This document shows, one piece after another, positions 41,051 to 56,689 of a stretch of DNA of 64,000 bases (its first letter is position 1; every line of letters starts with the position of its first letter). The stretch lies in assembly GCF_009914755.1 (NCBI RefSeq), contig NC_060947.1; one strand, written 5' to 3'. The position numbers and the translations under genes are program-made. This DNA comes from the human T2T-CHM13v2.0 reference genome, Homo sapiens. The notes under the pieces are model-generated. The model did not search any database. It saw nothing but the letters and a program-made list of their open reading frames with translations, and had not been told where the DNA came from.

Positions 41051-42514
41051 TAATTAGAATCTTTATTTACACTATTGTATAAACAGACTGAACACAGTTT
41101 ATATGAAGACTGAACACAGTTTAGAGTTGTCTCTTTTTTAAGTCTTTTTCATGGGGCTACAAAGATGAAATTAAGGAAATCAAACTCCAGGATCAGAAAG
41201 GAGAGCTGGAGTAGCAGCTTAAGGCCCTCCTTGGCTGAAATCATGTGTCTCCTGTAAGTGAAGGACCTACCAGCCCTGCTAAGGCCCTGGCATTGGCAGT
41301 GATAAGGCCGACTTCACCCACACGCACAGACAGGAGCAATGGATACACTGAATGTGCTTTTGAGGGAGGACATCTCATTAGGCAGAATTTCAGCAAAGTG
41401 GGGGTAAAATCTCAGCCTGATAACTGTAAACATATATGCCATTTCAGGAATTATCATTTTACTCTATAGCCATAATTTCTTCCCACCCTCTTAACCCTTC
41501 CAGGGATATGGAGATAGAAGAAATCTAAGGAAGAATGAAGGTTCTCATTCCTTTTTCCAGGTAAGTTTAAGGAGACAACCCCCAGCCTGAAGACAGCTGG
41601 GCTGAAGACCAGTGAAGGAGGAATTCCTGCAGCTGGAGCTGCAGTCACATAGGAGAGATGGAGAAGAGAGAGGAGAACATCCTGGCACAGCATAGTACCA
41701 TTGTCTTTGGCCTCAAACCCTAGTACAAAGAATATCATAAAGTTATGCATCAATTGGAGTCGAGAATATGATAATCCGAGAATTCAGGGAAAGAAAACAA
41801 GTGAGGAAGGGTGAGGAAATAAATGACCATTACAGTAGGTTCTATTTGGTATTATTGGTTTATCTTGTTTTTTGCCGTTTTGATATTTTCACTGAAGAAT
41901 TTCTACTCCATGCCACAGAGCCAGGGAGGGTATCCTTAAAAAGTGCCTAAAAAGAGACATTTCTAATATATATGTTCTATTCAAGGGTCATTAGGCAAAA
42001 AGGAGAGGCCGCAATTTCTCCAGCTACGACTTTCCAAATAACCATTTGGGAATTAAGAAATGATTTTTCATTTATATCCATAATCTAATGTTAGTCTATT
42101 GCCTTCATTCCTCTGATCATAATCTCCTTTCTTCTGCACAGTTGCACAGTGTTTCAGTTGTCTAAAGCCTGCAGAATTCCCATGACAACGCCAACACCGC
42201 AGGTGCTAGAATTATTGTTTGAAATGGTAACAATTCCACTATTCATTAAGCACCTACATCACAGGCTCAACTAGATGCTTTGCAAACATCTGGATCCTCA
42301 GAACAACTGGGAAGGAAAGTATGACTATCTTAATTTTATTTATGAGGTTAATTAACCTGTTTTGCATACCTAATAAATGGTGGAGTTGAGATGTAAATGG
42401 TAGTTGACCCCAATCTCTTTGCAGGTCATTCCAGTATGTTTCAAGGTGGAGATTCTTTTTGACAAATCAGGCCCATTCATTAGATTGCTGGTGTCCCATC
42501 CACACCTCCTAGGC

Positions 42515-42730
42515 CAGTGATTCTCAACAGGGGAAATTTTGCCACTGAGGAGAAACTTGGCAATATCTGAAGCTATCTTTGGCTGCCACAACTGCAGGGG
42601 AAGGGTGTCACTTGCATCCAGTGGGTGGAGACCAGAGATGCTGCTAAACATCCTGCACTGCACAGGACGGCCTTCACAACAAAGAAAGTTCTGGTCCCAA
42701 ATGTCTAGAGTGCCAAGGCGGAGAAATCTT
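42515..42730 (+). mobile_element. MER20 (hAT-Charlie)
   Basis: cagtgattctcaacagggg...gatgctgctaaacatcctgcactgcacaggac. Confidence 0.85.
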
Positions 42731-43508
42731 TCACAGACATAAGGAATTCATCCTTTAATAATTTCCACTTAGCAGTACCTCTCACACCAACAACACATTT
42801 TCTTTCAGTGAAGTAGGTCTTGCACCACCCAAGAAAACAAAGAGAAAGTTCTCCAGAGCAGAAGAGTAGAGCTGAGCCCTGGGTCTCCACCCATCGTTGA
42901 AGACCCATACACAAGTGGGTCTCCACGCAACACTGTGTGTTGTTAAAAGGCTAACAGACTGGGTAAAAATTGGCCATCTGTGTGATCAAAACTGACCACT
43001 CTGGAGTTCTTTGGAGTGCTTGACTAGTCACCCCCCTAAAAAAACCACTTTTATAACCTCAAGAAACCCCTGGCTTCAGAGGCTCAGGAGTAGGATGAAT
43101 GATGACACCTGGCATTACTCTGGTGCCTGCAGGTTTCAAAGCAATTTTGCATATATTGGTTTCCCTCCCCTCCCCCCGCCAACTAATCTATCTTGTGATA
43201 ATGATAGGGAGCAGAACATATAAGGCAAATGTTAAGAATTCGTTGTCAGGAGTGTAATAAAATGAGGAGAATAAAACAGAATGTCCTTCTCCTGCCAAGT
43301 CACTTAAACTGTCTGTATCCCATTAATCCAGCAAATAGAGAGGATGAGCCAGGGAGTTCCAGATCCCCCAGGAATGCTTGGTACATAAAGGTCAAGAACC
43401 AACAGTTTAGCAGGGCCTTCTTTGCCTTGCTGTGCAGTAAGAACCAACCGAAGAAAACTGCTCCAAGCCTAATTTCTTGATTATTTTCTTTGGGGACCAT
43501 GCCTTATG

Positions 43509-43738
43509 AAGGTGGTTCTCAGCCAGGGGCAGATTTGCCCCTTAGGGTGCATTTGACAATATCTGGAGGCATATCTGGTTGCTGTAACTTGGAGGGAGGG
43601 GGAGATGCTACTGGTATCTACTAGGTAGAGGCCAGATATGCTGCTCAACTTCCTACAATGCACAGGACAGCCTCCCACACACAAGGCAAAGAATGATCTG
43701 GTCCCAAATGTCAATAGTACCAAGGTTAAGAAACCCTA
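43509..43738 (+). mobile_element. MER20 (hAT-Charlie)
   Basis: gtggttctcagccaggggcagatttgcccc...cctacaatgcacaggacagcc...aaggttaagaaaccct. Confidence 0.85.
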
Positions 43739-45021
43739 CTTTATGGTTAAAATTGTTATGGTCAAAATAATTCTAATAAATCAGAATCTAAGCATCAGAC
43801 TGGGACTTTTTTCATTATTTCAACTTTAGTTGTCTTCCTTCATGTCCTTGCACACAGCACAGATGAAAAGATATTACCTGGAAAGATAATAAGATTTCTT
43901 CTCCCTTTCAGTGGAATACAGAACAAGAGGAAGAGGGACCAGAAGGAAATGGCTAGTCAGTGTTTTTGAAGGTATGGTCTTCAGGACCATGGGCATCAGC
44001 ATCACTTGGGTGGGTTTTTAAAAATAGATTTTGAGGACCTCCCCAGAGCCTACTTGCACAATTCCTTGCAGCACCACACCATTGACATTTTTAGTGAGAT
44101 TCTTTGGTTGTTATCCCGTGCAACACAGTTTGAAAGCCACTGATGTAGTGGTAGTATGATGCAGAAACTGAAACTCATAAAGGCCGGGTGATTTGTCCAA
44201 CGTCATGCAGATAGCATGAGACAAAGTCAGAAGCCATCCTGAGCTCTGGATTTAATGTTAAAAGAAGGTGGAAAATAGTCCTAAGTGTATGACTAACAAG
44301 CAAGGATTAGATCCATTCATAGCTACAGAAGAAGAAATGACCATAACATTTGGCCCAGTTCAGCACAACCCAGAGCCTGCTAAGTAACTTGCTACATTTT
44401 CCTGTGGTTTTGTCAAGTTTTCTCCCCATTGTCTTCATGACTAAGAATAAAAAGAATGCTACACGTGATTTCTTTTAAAGCTCTTAAGATAATTGATTTC
44501 CATCCAATTTTATTTTTCAGAAGCACAAAATTTTTTCTCACATTAACATGTCAAGAAATGACAAATGTATACATAAACTACACAAATCATTAGTCCTCTT
44601 GATTTTCCAAAGGGAAAACCCATGCAGAGTCTATCGAAAAGCCTTCTTACCCAGAAAATAATTTGTTTTCTCTTATCTTAGCAAAATAAACTTAGCCACT
44701 TGTTCCCTGTTGTTGATGGGAAAGTCTGAGATTTGGAACAAAAGAAAGCTGTTTTGTACATTATAACAGATAATATGACAACCTCAAAGCTATCAGTTTG
44801 CATTTCTGTAAGTCCCATTTTTGCAGTGGAATGATTGAAAGAACAGAAGATATTCAGTCTTTGAAAGTTGAAGGAGGACATAAAGATGATGAATAATTTG
44901 AGGGGATGTCATACATAAGAAAGTCTTGTCCATATTTCTTCAGAAAGCTGGATAAGTACCAAGTGTGGAAGTTAAGGAGACTCAGATTTTGTCTGAATAT
45001 AAGAAAGAACTTTCTGTATCT

Positions 45022-45560
45022 GACTTAGCAATTCTACTCCTAGGTATATAGCCAAGAGAAATGAAAACATATGTCCACAAAAACTTGTATACATATGTTT
45101 ATGGTAGAATTATTCATAATGGCCAAAAGGTACAAACAAACCAAATTTCCATCAACTGATGAATGAATAAACAAAATATGATCTATCCATACAATGAAAG
45201 ATTACTTGGCCATTAAAAGGAATGAAATACTGATAAAACGTAGATGAACCTCGAAAATTGTAAGCTAATTGAAAGAAGTCAGTCACAAAAGACCACATAT
45301 TATATTATTTCATTTATACAAAATGTCAAGAATAAGCAAATCCACAGAGTAGATGTCGGGTTGCCTAGGACTGCAGAGCTTGGGGGTTGAGGAGTTGAGG
45401 GGGGGATAGCTAAAGGGTACAGTGTTTCTTTACAGGGTGATGAAAATGTTCTGAAATTTATGTTAATAGTGGTTACCCAACTTTGAATATGTTAAAGACC
45501 AAGGAATTGTTCACTTTAAATGAATGACTTGTATGGCATGTGAATTTTACCTCCATAAAG
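45022..45560 (+). mobile_element. L1MB-type LINE-1 3' region, apparently splitting an older CR1/L3-like remnant (~44880-45020 and ~45640-45720)
   Basis: gcaattctactcctaggtatat...aaagaagtcagtcacaaaagaccacatat...; flank aatataagaaagaactttct is CR1/L3-like. Confidence 0.75.
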
Positions 45561-45944
45561 TAGAAGGAAGGAAATAAGGAAGGAAGAAAGGGAGGGAGGG
45601 AGAAAGGGAAAGAGGAAGGAAGGACTGACTTTATAACAAATCTAGATGGAAGGCAACAGTCCCAGGAGGTGGTAGTATCTTCTTCCCTGGCCATATGTAA
45701 GCTGAACCTAGATTACCATCAGCCAGAGAGGCTGCACTATGTGGGCAGTCTCACTATACGCCCTTCAAACTCTAAAATGTAACAGTCACTGTTTCAATAT
45801 TTTATCCTTTTTCTGTTTCCCTAACTGCAACATGAGTAGTGCAAAGCTGGCTTCTATCAATTCATTCAGTCCATTCTTTCATTCAATATTTCATTGCTGA
45901 CTTAAGGTAAAGCCTTACGATATTTCTCTGTCTTAATAATATAT

Positions 45945-46435
45945 GTGCTTGTTGCTTTAGGTAGAGTTCCTCAGAAGCAGATACTAAGATAAAGACTGAT
46001 GTGCAATTGATTTATTAAGAACCTGTTCCCAGGAGAAACTGGTAAGGGGTGAGCATAACAGGGTAGGGAAGGGAATAAAGCCAAGTAAGGGTGTGATTTC
46101 TAGCAAAGTCCCAGTCTCAGTCTGGTCCTGAGGGAAGCTCTGGGGTATTAATTACATCTAAACTTTGTCCCGCCTTCGCCAAAGAATTTGGACTTTAATA
46201 TTTTCACACACATCAGTCAGTCATGGGCTGTGGGACGCCCCGCCCCCAGGGTGATGTAAACTCCCAGGCACTTCCTGCTCTTTGTGAATATAGGGCAACT
46301 GCTCCAGAACCCCACAGAGTGCTCACAGATGTTGGTCATTAGAAGCAAAACTACACAGAAGCTGGTGAATGGGACAGGCACACAGAACTGGTAAAAGATC
46401 TGAGATATTCCGGGCAGAGCACAGACAGAGTCCAC
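45945..46435 (-). mobile_element. ERVL-class solo LTR (LTR16-like)
   Basis: gttcctcagaagcagatactaaga...tgtgcaattgatttattaag pattern of the reverse-complement LTR16 3' end. Confidence 0.5.
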
Positions 46436-47740
46436 TGTGCTTTTTGGTTGAATACATGTTAAGCTCTAAAGGCTATGTATGACCTTGTTCCTACGTCCAG
46501 AGGTCTTGAACAGGGTAGAAGCTTGCAACCTCCAGATTTCCACCTGGGTGAGGTATGAGTCGGTCTTTTCGTACTCCTCCTTACTGATAAATGCTTTGAC
46601 TGACATCTTTGCCTACATTCGATCTGTTTCATTTCATACACCGAAAATCTTCTGAAATGGGTAATCTGCCCACAAGCACCACAGGGAATTCCTCAACAGC
46701 TTTAGCATCCGTAATATTACTCCAAAATAGCATTGCTGTTCTGCCTCTTACTTTAAGGTTGGGCAGATGCCAAAAGCTGCAAACCCATGGAACCATCCAT
46801 GACCGGGTACACTTACCAGATTTGTTTCCTTCTCTTAAATTAACACAAATAGGCCTACGATGCTAATTCCGGAGCCACGTTCAAATTTCACTGTTTCATC
46901 AATCATTTCGTGAGCTCATTAGTTGATTAACACTTTTTTGGTGGTGATTAAATTAGTGTACATGCACACTCATGTGATCGTGTAATCACTTAAAACACAG
47001 CCAGGCACATAGAAGCTCTGTATCAATGTTTGCTATTATTACACAAGTACAGAGCTTCTCTCAGGTTGTATGATGGGATCTTTGTCCTCAAAATCATTCT
47101 TCCTGCCAAAGGGCTTACAACAGTTTTTCTGACCTATTTCAATTAAAAAGAAATTGTTTCTATCTTGCCTTTACTTCTACTACTTCTTACTAGCACTTTC
47201 TTCTTTCAAGTCCTCTGAGGTTATCACATAAGATGGGGTTCCTGGCAAAATTCCTCAACACCTAGCAGAAAGACAGCAAATATTCCATAGACTGAAAAAT
47301 GAGAAATTCTTTTTAAAAAGGGCAGAAAATAAAAGAGGTCCCAGAACCTCTTGACGCATATTTTGGTGGTGAAGAGAGAGCCAGAGGGCTTTGCTCCAGA
47401 GTATGGTTTTGTTTGTATCTCTGAAAGTGCACGAGTTGAAATTCCATAAATAGAGGAGCTTCTGTACCACTTTCTATTGCTAATATTTTCTTTTCCTCTG
47501 ACGTCTGTCCTCAGCATTTCAGTTCATGGTGAGTGCTTAATAAATGCATGATGACAACAGATGTTAGAAAGTGTTACGAGAGCACAGAGCATTCTAGAAA
47601 AACCTAGGAAAACACCAGTGGGGGAAAACATCATTATTTAATAAATTTATGAAAACTTTAAAAGGAAAGCATGTTGCTTTTCAACCAAGGACTTTCTAAC
47701 AGAACAAACCTGTGGGGAGATAATTGTCTCAGATCTAGCA

Positions 47741-48008
47741 CAGGGTGAGTAAAATTGTTTTTACATTTTTAAGTGGTTGGAAAAAATTAAAGGAATAACA
47801 TTTTATGAAATGAAAATTACATGAAATACAAATTTCAACATCCATAAATAAAGTCTTCTTGGAACATAGTCACACCCATTCGTTTACTTACTTGTCTATG
47901 ACTGCTTTCTCACTACACCAGCAGAGGTGAGCAGTTGCCAGAGACCAACTGCATGTTCACTAAACCTAAAATATCTGGCCTTTTGCAGAAAATGTTCACC
48001 CACCCCTG
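47741..48008 (-). mobile_element. MER58B (hAT-Charlie), partly deleted
   Basis: ataaataaagtcttcttggaacatagtcacacccattcgttta...tatctggccttttgcagaaaa...cccctg. Confidence 0.75.
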
Positions 48009-51000
48009 ATTTAGAAAACTAAAATTGCAATTTGTTTCCTTTGAATCTTTTTCTACTTTTGGCTTTCATCTTTTCCCTCCTGGAGTTTTATAAGCCCAAA
48101 AGAAAAAAAAATTATCTTCCATATATTCATCTCTATTAACATAGTGATTATTTTGTTTCATTTATAGTCTGGAAACAGGCAACTTACCAAAGAGAAACCA
48201 GACTGCTTAGATCAAGAGGACTTCCAAATTGGATGCTACTGCTTTATGTATCTGAGCTTTTAAAGACACATTTGTATTATTTCTAGAAGCCTTAGGTAAA
48301 TGTATTTGGGATTCATTTTGTCTGTAGAAAGCACCTGCAGCCCCATTTCTTCTAGAACAATATAAATTGTAACTAAAAACAATGTTCCCTTGTTGCATTT
48401 GTATTTACTATTCTCAAACCATTTGACAAAGTATTTCCCTCTCACTAATTAGTGTTTCCTAAGTGTTATTGGAAGCCACTCGCTTGCCTTGCAAGTTTAA
48501 TCCTACATTTGGACACATGCTTGTTAATTGGTTTCCCTCCAAAGTTGAATGGGGCTTGCACCCATCTGTCCTGGATTCAATTACACCAAATGCCACATGC
48601 TCTGAGATCAGAAAAGCAAAGGATTCTAAAACATCCATGTCTATATTTGGCCCTTGACATCCTATTATTCTTCCTTGTCTTAAAAACCCTAGGCCACTCA
48701 CAGGAAGTGAACTCGAATTGTTATTTTTATGGCATAAACTTTTCAACAGGCTGTAACTTCTATGTCACGTCATACTATATAGATAAATATGTGTGTACAT
48801 AAAATTTTTAAAAATCCAACCCATTGTTTTGCACTTACTACAGTACACATAGCATCCTCTCCACACTTTGAACATTCCAAAATGCAGCCATCCTTCTACT
48901 CAATTTCTTGCCAGAGGAGATGCCCACTGAAATTCTAGGTCACACATTGAATGTGATTCCTTTGTTTTCAAGGAGAAATTTCCCTCCACCTATAATGCTC
49001 TACTTCCTCTGTCACCTCCCTTCCATTTCTCCTTTGCCTGTGTAACTCCCATTAGCCTCTCTGGATTTTCTGGAGGGACATTCCCCGATTCACCTCACCA
49101 CCCTCCAATAGGAGCTTTGCTAGCTTCCTGTTCGTACCTCTGTTAGGATGCTCATCTTGTCTGTTTCCTCCTGAAACACTTGTCTCCTCAAAGACAGGGC
49201 TGCCATACTCATTTTTTAACCCCAGAGCCTGGTCCCATATACAATAACCACTTGAGTAATATTTGTTGAATGCTGTTACTAAATACAATTTCAGGAGATG
49301 AGAACAATCAGCATCAGTGGTTACAGCACCAGCAAATCAAGAAACAGTCTCATCAGGAATCAATTACAATGGCAATGACTGCTGCCTGGAGGAACCTGGT
49401 GATTTATATAACATAATCATTCATCGGGCCCAGATTTGATTGCCATGCCCAAGTGCTGAATGCTGCAGATGGCTCACCATTCTCATTAGGACACTGTGAT
49501 GTAGTATTTCAAAAGCAAAACTTTTCAGAATCATAATTCCGACCCTTAGGAAAGAACAAACCATATCTCCAGAAAAGGACAGTCCACAGGAAATCAAAGG
49601 GATGCTCTCCAATCTCAGGGCTGCCATTTTTGGTTACAGAATAAATATATCAAAGGCCCTCCTACGAAGGAATTCAGTATGACCAAGAGGTAAATGCGAC
49701 TCCCAGAGCAGGGGTGCTTCCCAAGAACACATTAGTCTATGTAGAGTTTAGGAGGCAGAACTCTCTAATTTGGTTTCTCACCAAAACAAGTGCAATCTAC
49801 TCAAAACCCTTTAAAAAGGCTGTGCTTTGATAATTGGGTCTTGTCTTTGCATACTCTCCCCTGATCAACTCTGTTATCAGTGAGATCTATCTCCTTGATG
49901 TTTCCACACTGAAGGGACATCACGGGGCAGAATAATTTGCTTTTCCTAAGACAAGACTCTCCAAACGTTTTGGTTCACAAAGTGAGAAGCCCAACTAGCA
50001 GCCAACCACAGGAGCCTGGCAAGGACACACTTGTTCCAATGCCCCTAGTCCCCCAACTCAACTGTCCTCCTGGGACTGCCAAGTAAAAAAGAGAAGGAAC
50101 AGGGAAGTTATTTCCCTAAGGAGCCCCTTGGGAAGCAGCGGTAACCCAAGCACAGGGGCCATGCCACTTTGCTTTCTACTGTCAGATTTTAATTTTCACA
50201 AAATCGAGAGTCATGAGATTTTCTGTGTTTTCTCCTAAACTAATATTTGGATTTCTTTTTAAAAAATGATCCTTTTAGGTGCTACACGAGACCTGGGAGG
50301 CTGCATTGAGATCACCTAAATCTTCTAAGATTCTTGTACACAGCTCCAATTCCTTCTCATCACTTGCCAGGTTTTTTTTTTTTCCTTTGGAGGATGGTAA
50401 CTTAAAAAAAAATCTCATGAATTTCTACACATATGTATTTGAAATATATATACACACATATACGTAACATATACACATATACAGTCTAAGAAACATAAAA
50501 TGATATTTTTAAATGAAAGATTCTGGATAATTATGAAACAATAACTAGTACATCTTATGTATATAACTATTGGATTGAATATCTAGCTTTACAGTTATTT
50601 AAATTTCATTTACAGCAGTGTCTTTAAAAAATTGTCATCAATTGCCCTAATTCTTGGATTATTACATCCCTTCTATTCATTTTTAGCATTTAATATTTTT
50701 CTTTCCTTTATAACTCCCCACCGGCATCAATGAGAGGGGACAAATTTAACTGAATATGTCAGCCAAAAAATATGGGTGATTTTTAAAAAAGACCTGGCTG
50801 TTTCTTCTGACCCTCTTCTTAAAAAAAAAAAAAACTGCCTCAATTCTTCCTTTGGGAGTAATAATATTTGACTCCTTTTGTAAAATCTAAAATTGATTTT
50901 TTTTAGAAGTATACACATTTTATTCAGCTTCCCACATAAGACTGGGCAGCCAGTCAAAATTCAGGAGCACAACTGAGGCAGACAACACTTTGCATACAAA

Positions 51001-51454
51001 CAGCTCCCCCAGTCTCCAGCACTTCTTTACAATTTCACGAAGTTAAGACTAAACAGAAACGGGGGAAAAAATCCTTCCAAATTGCCTTCTTAGGATCCAT
51101 AAATTCCACATTCAGCTTCTTTGCATCCTTTGCTCTCTCCTTTGGCAAGAAAGCCCAGGAGCACGCAGTCTGCTCAGTGGGTTAATCCACTGCAGTTTAG
51201 ACACAACCTTTTTATTTTTGCCATGGGGTGTGTGGAGCTGAGACCACCTAGTCAGTCACACTGTCAGGGTAGACGTAGTCAAATGCAAAAATCTGAAAAC
51301 AGAAAATTTATTCCATTTGTGAATAAGACTAGAATCCAAAGGGCCAGGGCTAATTATGTGGTTGTTTCATGAGGGACATGTCATAGGCATCATTTTCAAT
51401 AGAAAACTGGCTGAGAGCAATGCTGATACATTTCTATCATTAAAGAGATGTGCA

Positions 51455-52590
<1,136 letters not shown>

Positions 52591-52598
52591 GTTTAGAA

Positions 52599-52819
52599 CA
52601 GAGGTTGGCAACATTTCCCTATAAAGGGCCAGAGAGACCACATTTTAGACTTCGGAGGTCATATATACAGTCTGTGTCACAACTATTCTGTTTGACAGCA
52701 CAAAAGCAGCCACAGACCATATGTAAATGAAGGGGTGTGGTTGTGTCCCAATAAAACTTTATTTACCAAAACAGTCAGCGGGCTGAATTTAGTCCACAGG
52801 CAGCGAATGTTGACCACTG
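52599..52819 (+). mobile_element. MER58A with perfect 8-bp TSD GTTTAGAA
   Basis: TSD at 52591-52598 and 52820-52827; core ccaataaaactttatttac. Confidence 0.85.
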
Positions 52820-54151
52820 GTTTAGAAGATTTGTGTGGTTTTGACTTTTAAACATTAGCAAAAGTTGGGCTATATACCAGAGCTTGCTAATTGTCTACCC
52901 AATATCCATTCTCCTGTCATTCATTGGTAAGATAATACTGAAGGAGGTGGTAAAAATACCTGGCTGAAAAAACTATCGATATTGGAGAGCAAGTGTTAGG
53001 TTGAGGGCTTCAGTAATTTTGGGAAGCTGTCTCAGCAAGGATGCCCTTTTGAGCTCCCCTCTTCCTTATTCTTTCTGTCTGATACATGGGCATGATGGCT
53101 GGAAATATAGCATTCATCTTGTGAGCATGAGACAACCTTTTGAATGGTGTGGTCCCACATGATTATCTTACCTTCATTACTAGCCAAACATCTTGTCTTC
53201 ACATTTCCAGGTGAGAGACCGATTCTGATTACAGGGTCAAGGGCATATTACTACCTGGAGACTTTTGCATACTTATTTTAGCAAAGGTACACACCAGAGA
53301 ACCACACAATGCAAATGTCCACTCGAGGCTTTAACAAGCACTCTTGTCTACATGTGACAGGATTTAATAAGGGGGAACAATCTTTTTTCCCCTATCTTTA
53401 ACACCAAAGGAATGACTGCTTTCAAACCACTTCGGGCTTCTTCAACTCTCTTGTTTCATAGCCCAGCCTGTTCTAAAATCATTCTCTTCTGTCTGAAGCA
53501 TTGCAAAGCACTTTTCCAAGCAGGAAGCCTGAGCCCAGCAATACTGTGATTGTAAAAGCAAATATGAAAGCCATTATAAACTCAGCAGTAACTCCCTACT
53601 TAGAACTTTAGAATTTATTTTTATTGAGAAGAACATTCTTTTAAAAGCACTGTTCTTTTCCTTGTTGTCTGAGCTCACTTTGCCTACTTGGACAAAAACT
53701 GAAGCTGTTAAGAGTTAAGGCTGAAGACTTGAATATGTGGTCCATATGGGCATGAAATAGTTGAATTCCCAGGCTCTTAAAATAGGACAGGAAGGCATCA
53801 AAAACCTCTGCAAGGTAAAAGTTTTCTGACATTGTAAGAACTCTTAAAACTCTTCCCCATTTTCCAAGACCACATGGGGGCCAGATAATTTTCACTCTTA
53901 CTGTGTCACTTTTCAAGGTGGTGCTACTTAATAATTACATCCAGATGACAGACAAAAACTGGATTATCCTAGGCAAACCTAGATGTGTGGACATCCTACA
54001 CACATTGCCCCTTCCCTCCAAGACTCAATGCAAAGTTGAGATCAAATATGTCAAGAGAAGCCTAGGGCAGCAGCATGCAGATGTAGCCAATGCTTTTTAG
54101 AATATCAGTTCAATGATATCAAATCTGGAACTTTGCAACATCTTATTAGGG

Positions 54152-54359
54152 CAGTGGTTTCAACCAGGGTGATTCTGCCTCCCAGAGGACATTGGGCAAT
54201 GTGTGGGGACATTTTGGTTGTCGTGACGAGGGTCAGGGGTTGGGCACTACTGGCATCTAGTGGGTAGATGCCAAGGATGCTGTTAAACATCCTACAGTGC
54301 ACAGGATGGCCTGTCACATGTGGCCCAAATATCAACAGTGCTGAGGTTGAGAAACTCTG
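54152..54359 (+). mobile_element. MER20 (hAT-Charlie)
   Basis: cagtggtttcaaccagggtgattctgcc...ctactggcatctagtgggtaga...gctgaggttgagaaactctg. Confidence 0.9.
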
Positions 54360-55923
54360 AATTAAAGCCAGCAGAAGCTAGAGAAATAGATAGGATGGGC
54401 CATGCACATTCCAAAGCACATCAGCATGAACCTTATGCCCTGTGGTTGGTTCAGAAGAAAGACCCAGTCTCACAGGTTGAGTAAAGTTAACTTCCCATCA
54501 CACCACAGTCAGAGTTCCCCAGTTGCTTCAAGCAGAGGGTACAGAAGTTAGTGTCAGACTGTTGTTATTATATATGTTCAAATTACATTTCTCAATAAAC
54601 TAACTTATTGAAAAGTAATTTATTACATCTGAGAGGTTAATTATTGTTAATGATTTGTTTGGGCTTTTGTTCTACAACCTGAATTAAAGGATCCCTTCAG
54701 GTATTATTCCTTGAAATCACCTCAACTGACCACTGTGATGAGAATTTCCATGTCCAGAGTGAGAAAGGCAGATCATGACTTCTGGTATCTTTTTTTAAGA
54801 ATGGAGCCTGAATAAGTTCCATCTTATCTGGGCATGTTCCAAGTGAAAAATTCAGTAATTGGGCTTTAGAAAGAAAAGAAATTGATAACCAGCCATGATA
54901 CTCAGTATTCATTTTCCAATATGGACCAACATGGATGTAAGGAACTGTGTTTTTTCTCCTTAATTGCTTTTCACTCCTTCTTTTGATGCCCTCCTCAGAT
55001 AAATTCTCCATGTGACTCACACTGAAAAGAAAAAAAAATGAGAAATTCTCTTGTAGCCAGAAGAGTTGTTGGCAGAAAGCTGACATTCCGTTCCTTTTCT
55101 GTCCTACCAACGTGCACACATTTAATTCCAAAGAATGACTGATGAAAAAAAATTAAAAAAACCTCTGGGCCCTGACTGAAACATCAAACCACCTCAGAGG
55201 GTGGCAACCTTAATAATAAATATTTAATAGGCCTTAGTTGCAAATATGTAAATACTTTACAGAGACAATGAAACCACATAACTTCGATTGACATTTTGAG
55301 GAATATCTATTTTATTTGTAGGGAAGTATATCTCACTTCAGCCTATCTTCTAAATCATAAGAACGACATTGAGTCTCACATCTTGTCAGAGATTTTTTTT
55401 GGCCAGGCCATATTTTACTATTAAAAAAAGTGCTTATTAATGAGGAGTCTCTAAATGCTAGGAACAGATTTGCAATCTAATGTTAGTTTTCCCAGAAGAC
55501 ACTGAATTTCCATAAGGAAATAGTTTAGAATACCGTCATTGGTCTAGTCAACATTGAATTACACCATTTCACTTGTGCCTATGGATTACATGGTTGAAGG
55601 AAATGACACTGTAGCGTCAGACACGCACTTTCTCCAAGATGAGGGAGGAGGTACTTGAGTCTTCAAGGGAGTAAGTTAAGATGACAAGCCTGATGACTGT
55701 CTACATCAGAATATCGTGACCTATTAGTTTTCCACAAACCCATCTGTAGTTAGAACCTTCCATGTGTCATCATTTACAAGTTACTTCATTTCTATAGCAC
55801 CATAACAAACTATGATTTAAATGGTTTTATTGAAGCCAAAACTGAAAAGTCAAATCAATTAAAATATGAACTTGGAAACCTTCCCACAAAAATAATCCAC
55901 TAGAGTCCTTTATTATCTTAGAT

Positions 55924-56141
55924 CAGGGGTCAACAAACTACAGCTCTCAGACCAAATCCAGCCCACTGCCTATTTTTGTAAATAAAGTTTTATTGGAACA
56001 CAGCCACAACTCATTCATGTATTGTATGTTTGCTTTAAGGTTACAAAAGCAGAGTTGAGTAGTTGTGGCAGAGATTGTCTAGTCTGCAAAGCTGAAAATA
56101 TTTACTCTCGGCTTTTTACAGGAACAGTTTGCTGGCCCCTG
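55924..56141 (-). mobile_element. MER58A with 8-bp TSD
   Basis: caggggtcaacaaactac...gtaaataaagttttattggaacacagccac...tttgctggcccctg; flanks tcttagat / ccttagat. Confidence 0.85.
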
Positions 56142-56689
56142 CCTTAGATTCCTGGGTCTCTTCCAAGTGAATACTTTTACACAGGGGTACTTGTATACAT
56201 AATTAATAATCTTCAAGAAAGAATGTTATCTACAGACTTAGCAATAAAACATGCAAACAGTCACAAAGCAAGAACACATGGTTCTAGCAAGAAAGGTGTT
56301 TCTAAGGGATGCTGGCTCCACAAATTTTTCACTTAAGGCATTGCAATTTTCATAAATAATTGTCAATTAATATAAAGAATTTGGTTGACATGTATATTTA
56401 TTGATGCAAGGGTGGGTGTTTTAAAATAACAGATATAATAATAACCCGTTCTATAGAAGACAGCTGTGTTAAAACACTTGCAGTCACCATTGGACAGCCT
56501 TTATGTTAAGGAAGTTGGGAATAACCAAGGCAGACTTCTAGAACAAAGGAGTACAAGAAGACTAAACAAATACTTCTCCACACTTATGCTTTCCACCTCA
56601 ATTGGAACAGCTTTCGCCTCAAAGCATATTCAGCCACTCTCTGTCATGCATCCACTATAATTGTACCACTTGGAAATCTTAACCTCAAA

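Noticed and set aside
41085-41123. 17-bp direct repeat agactgaacacagttta separated by 5 bp
   Set aside because: Simple local tandem duplication with no array structure.
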